A DNA stretch of 64,000 bases from Oculina patagonica (Eukaryota), in the NCBI RefSeq assembly GCF_052425735.1, contig NC_135765.1, forward strand, positions 4,774,001-4,838,000, read 5' to 3'. A program made the translations under genes and the position numbers. A model generated the notes under the pieces. The model worked only from the letters and a program-made list of their open reading frames with translations, was not told the DNA's origin and did no database searches. Within the stretch, counting starts at the first letter, position 1, and each line of letters starts with the position of its first letter. Shown here piece by piece: positions 62,251 through 64,000 of the stretch.

Positions 62251-64000
62251 GGCTTCATTTTTTTATTTACCTCGTTAAGCTGGCAGTTATCTCGCGGAGT
62301 GTTGCGTATGTAGTTCATAGAGAGACAGCGACAGTCGTCTTTACACATTATGTGACATTGCGTGACTCGGTCCACTGTTGAATTTCTAAACACGTGACCT
62401 TCCAGTGCGTGGTCTTCGACAAGGTCCTGGTCAATGAAAAACTTAAAGTTTTGAAAAATTTTATCGGCACAGACGAGGTGTTATTTTTGAGTGTGAAACA
62501 ACACGATGAACTTGAACCAAAGGAGAGCCTCCATCTCAATTTTCTTGAAGATTTAGCTAAATTAAATTAAAGAGAATACCGAGATGTTAAACAGTTGTTT
62601 GTATTGACACAATTTATGAACGTTTTAAATCTGTGTAGCCAGGTTGTGGGCCACTATATGTACTATTTTAAGACACGTACAAGAAATCGTTCTGTCCAGT
62701 AAGAAAAAAAAAACATATGACGGTGAAATAGCAATTTCACCAAAAAAGCGGTCAGCAAAGATGGCGGCCGACCATTTTTTGCTCTCGGTGAACTTCGGAA
62801 ATTTTCCACAATTTACAGCGCTATCTTCGATATCTTCGACTTAAATGTACCATGATGTTATCAGCTTTTCGTTTTTCTGTTATAGTGGTATTTCTGTCAT
62901 TTTTTTTTTTTTTTTACTATTATCTGTTTTTTTGTACATACATGTTTAAGAATTATTTGTTCTGTAATCTACCTCTAAAGTGTCTAAAGTCAGTAAAATG
63001 CCTCTTTTCTGACCTTACATTTTCCTTAAATTAATAGTTTAGCTTTTAAGTTATTTTGGGCGACCAGCAACTGTATTTATTTTTAATTTATTGTTTAAGT
63101 AATTTACACTAGTAATTTTGCAGTTCAAATAAACGGCGTTGTTGTTGTTCAATTAACCTTTGTAATATATACACCTGCAAACGTGTGTTGTTGTTGTTGT
63201 TGTTGTTGTTGTTGCTTTGGTTTACTAATTTTTAAGTTATAGTAAAATTGAAATCTTAGTTTTGTGTTTAACTTATTTTATCCAAATGTATAACTTCAAA
63301 CATACTTAATTCTTCCCTAAGAGCCACGTACCTCGAAAAGACGGATGCAACTCGCATTAACAGCGAAAACTTTGGCTCGAAAAAAGGTTTATGAGCCCGT
63401 GACCTCAGTTAAAAGCTTTCCTCCATAACCCAAGCACAAGGAAGATGAAAATTGTCCGATGTTTTGCTTTAACAATTTTTACAGAGTTTAACAACTCAAG
63501 GTTGATCGTTAACTCTGAAGACAACGTAATTAAATTAAACAGTTTGTGTCCTCAAAATAGTATGCAAATATCACAACAAAGTGGCTTTGTGCTAACTTTG
63601 TTGCTATCCTGCGCGGGATTATTTCAAATGTACCTTTTATGGCAAATTTCTCAATAGGTGCGCTAAAATGGATAATATCTTTGGTAACCAAACAAAATGA
63701 GATCAGTAGGTGGAATTATCTTATGACACCTGTTTTGCAAGTGAGTCAATAAAGATTGTTTTTGTTGTTGTTGTTAGTTGTTGTCCAATAACACAGTCCA
63801 ATAACAAAATTTGCGTGCATTTTATTCGGTTGTTTATACAAAATATTTCTTCTTTATACAAATGTTGCGAAATTGCTTTTCGAGAATTTTGTCTGGTGTT
63901 GTTAACAGGATTCGCTTTTTCTCTACTCTGGTTCAAGAGGTTTTCTATTTTCTATCTCTCCATCAAATTCTCAGAGGAAAAAAGAGAAACAAAACCTCTG

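Larger units (their letters stand above)
54770..62534 (-). pseudogene. Gene 5: inverted paralog of gene 4. Exon 1 at 62534-62251 plus 61656-61600 (split by a LINE); exon 2 at 55588-54770 intact
   Basis: MEALLWFKFIVLFHTQK* has CAA>TAA at codon 18 (62481-62483). The first PAN Cys is changed to Phe, and a LINE interrupts exon 1. Splice sites match gene 4 and exon 2 is open. Confidence 0.85.

Overview
AT-rich, intron-containing animal DNA with one 500-N gap (46734-47233). The repeat families and domain architectures suggest a cnidarian, probably a stony coral; this is inference from pattern recognition, not a search result. The host genes form a cluster of secreted modular lectin-like genes built from PAN/apple, EGF, fibrinogen-like and C-type lectin (CTLD) exons. 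Gene 1 (-, 6105-7919) is signal peptide, PAN, fibrinogen-like N-half, CTLD. Gene 2 (-, 18110-19262) is a fibrinogen-like pair of exons with no leader exon found. Gene 3 (+, 23039-25709) is PAN, EGF, EGF-Ca, CTLD. A truncated PAN leader exon lies at 39133-39261 (+). Gene 4 (+, 41743-44369) is signal peptide, PAN, EGF, fibrinogen-like, and gene 5 (-, 54770-62534) is its inverted, disrupted paralog. The genes sit in two inverted duplications, and gene 1 looks like an exon-shuffled chimera joined at a phase-1 intron. The remainder is nested, mostly dead mobile DNA: AcademH-like, Kolobok-like, hAT-like, Harbinger-like, Crypton-like, Helentron/HINE-like, CR1/L2-like LINEs, Penelope-like elements, tRNA-derived SINEs and a truncated Gypsy. 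A 326-codon minus-strand ORF runs off the left edge and is absent from the supplied ORF track. All alignments and translations were done by eye.
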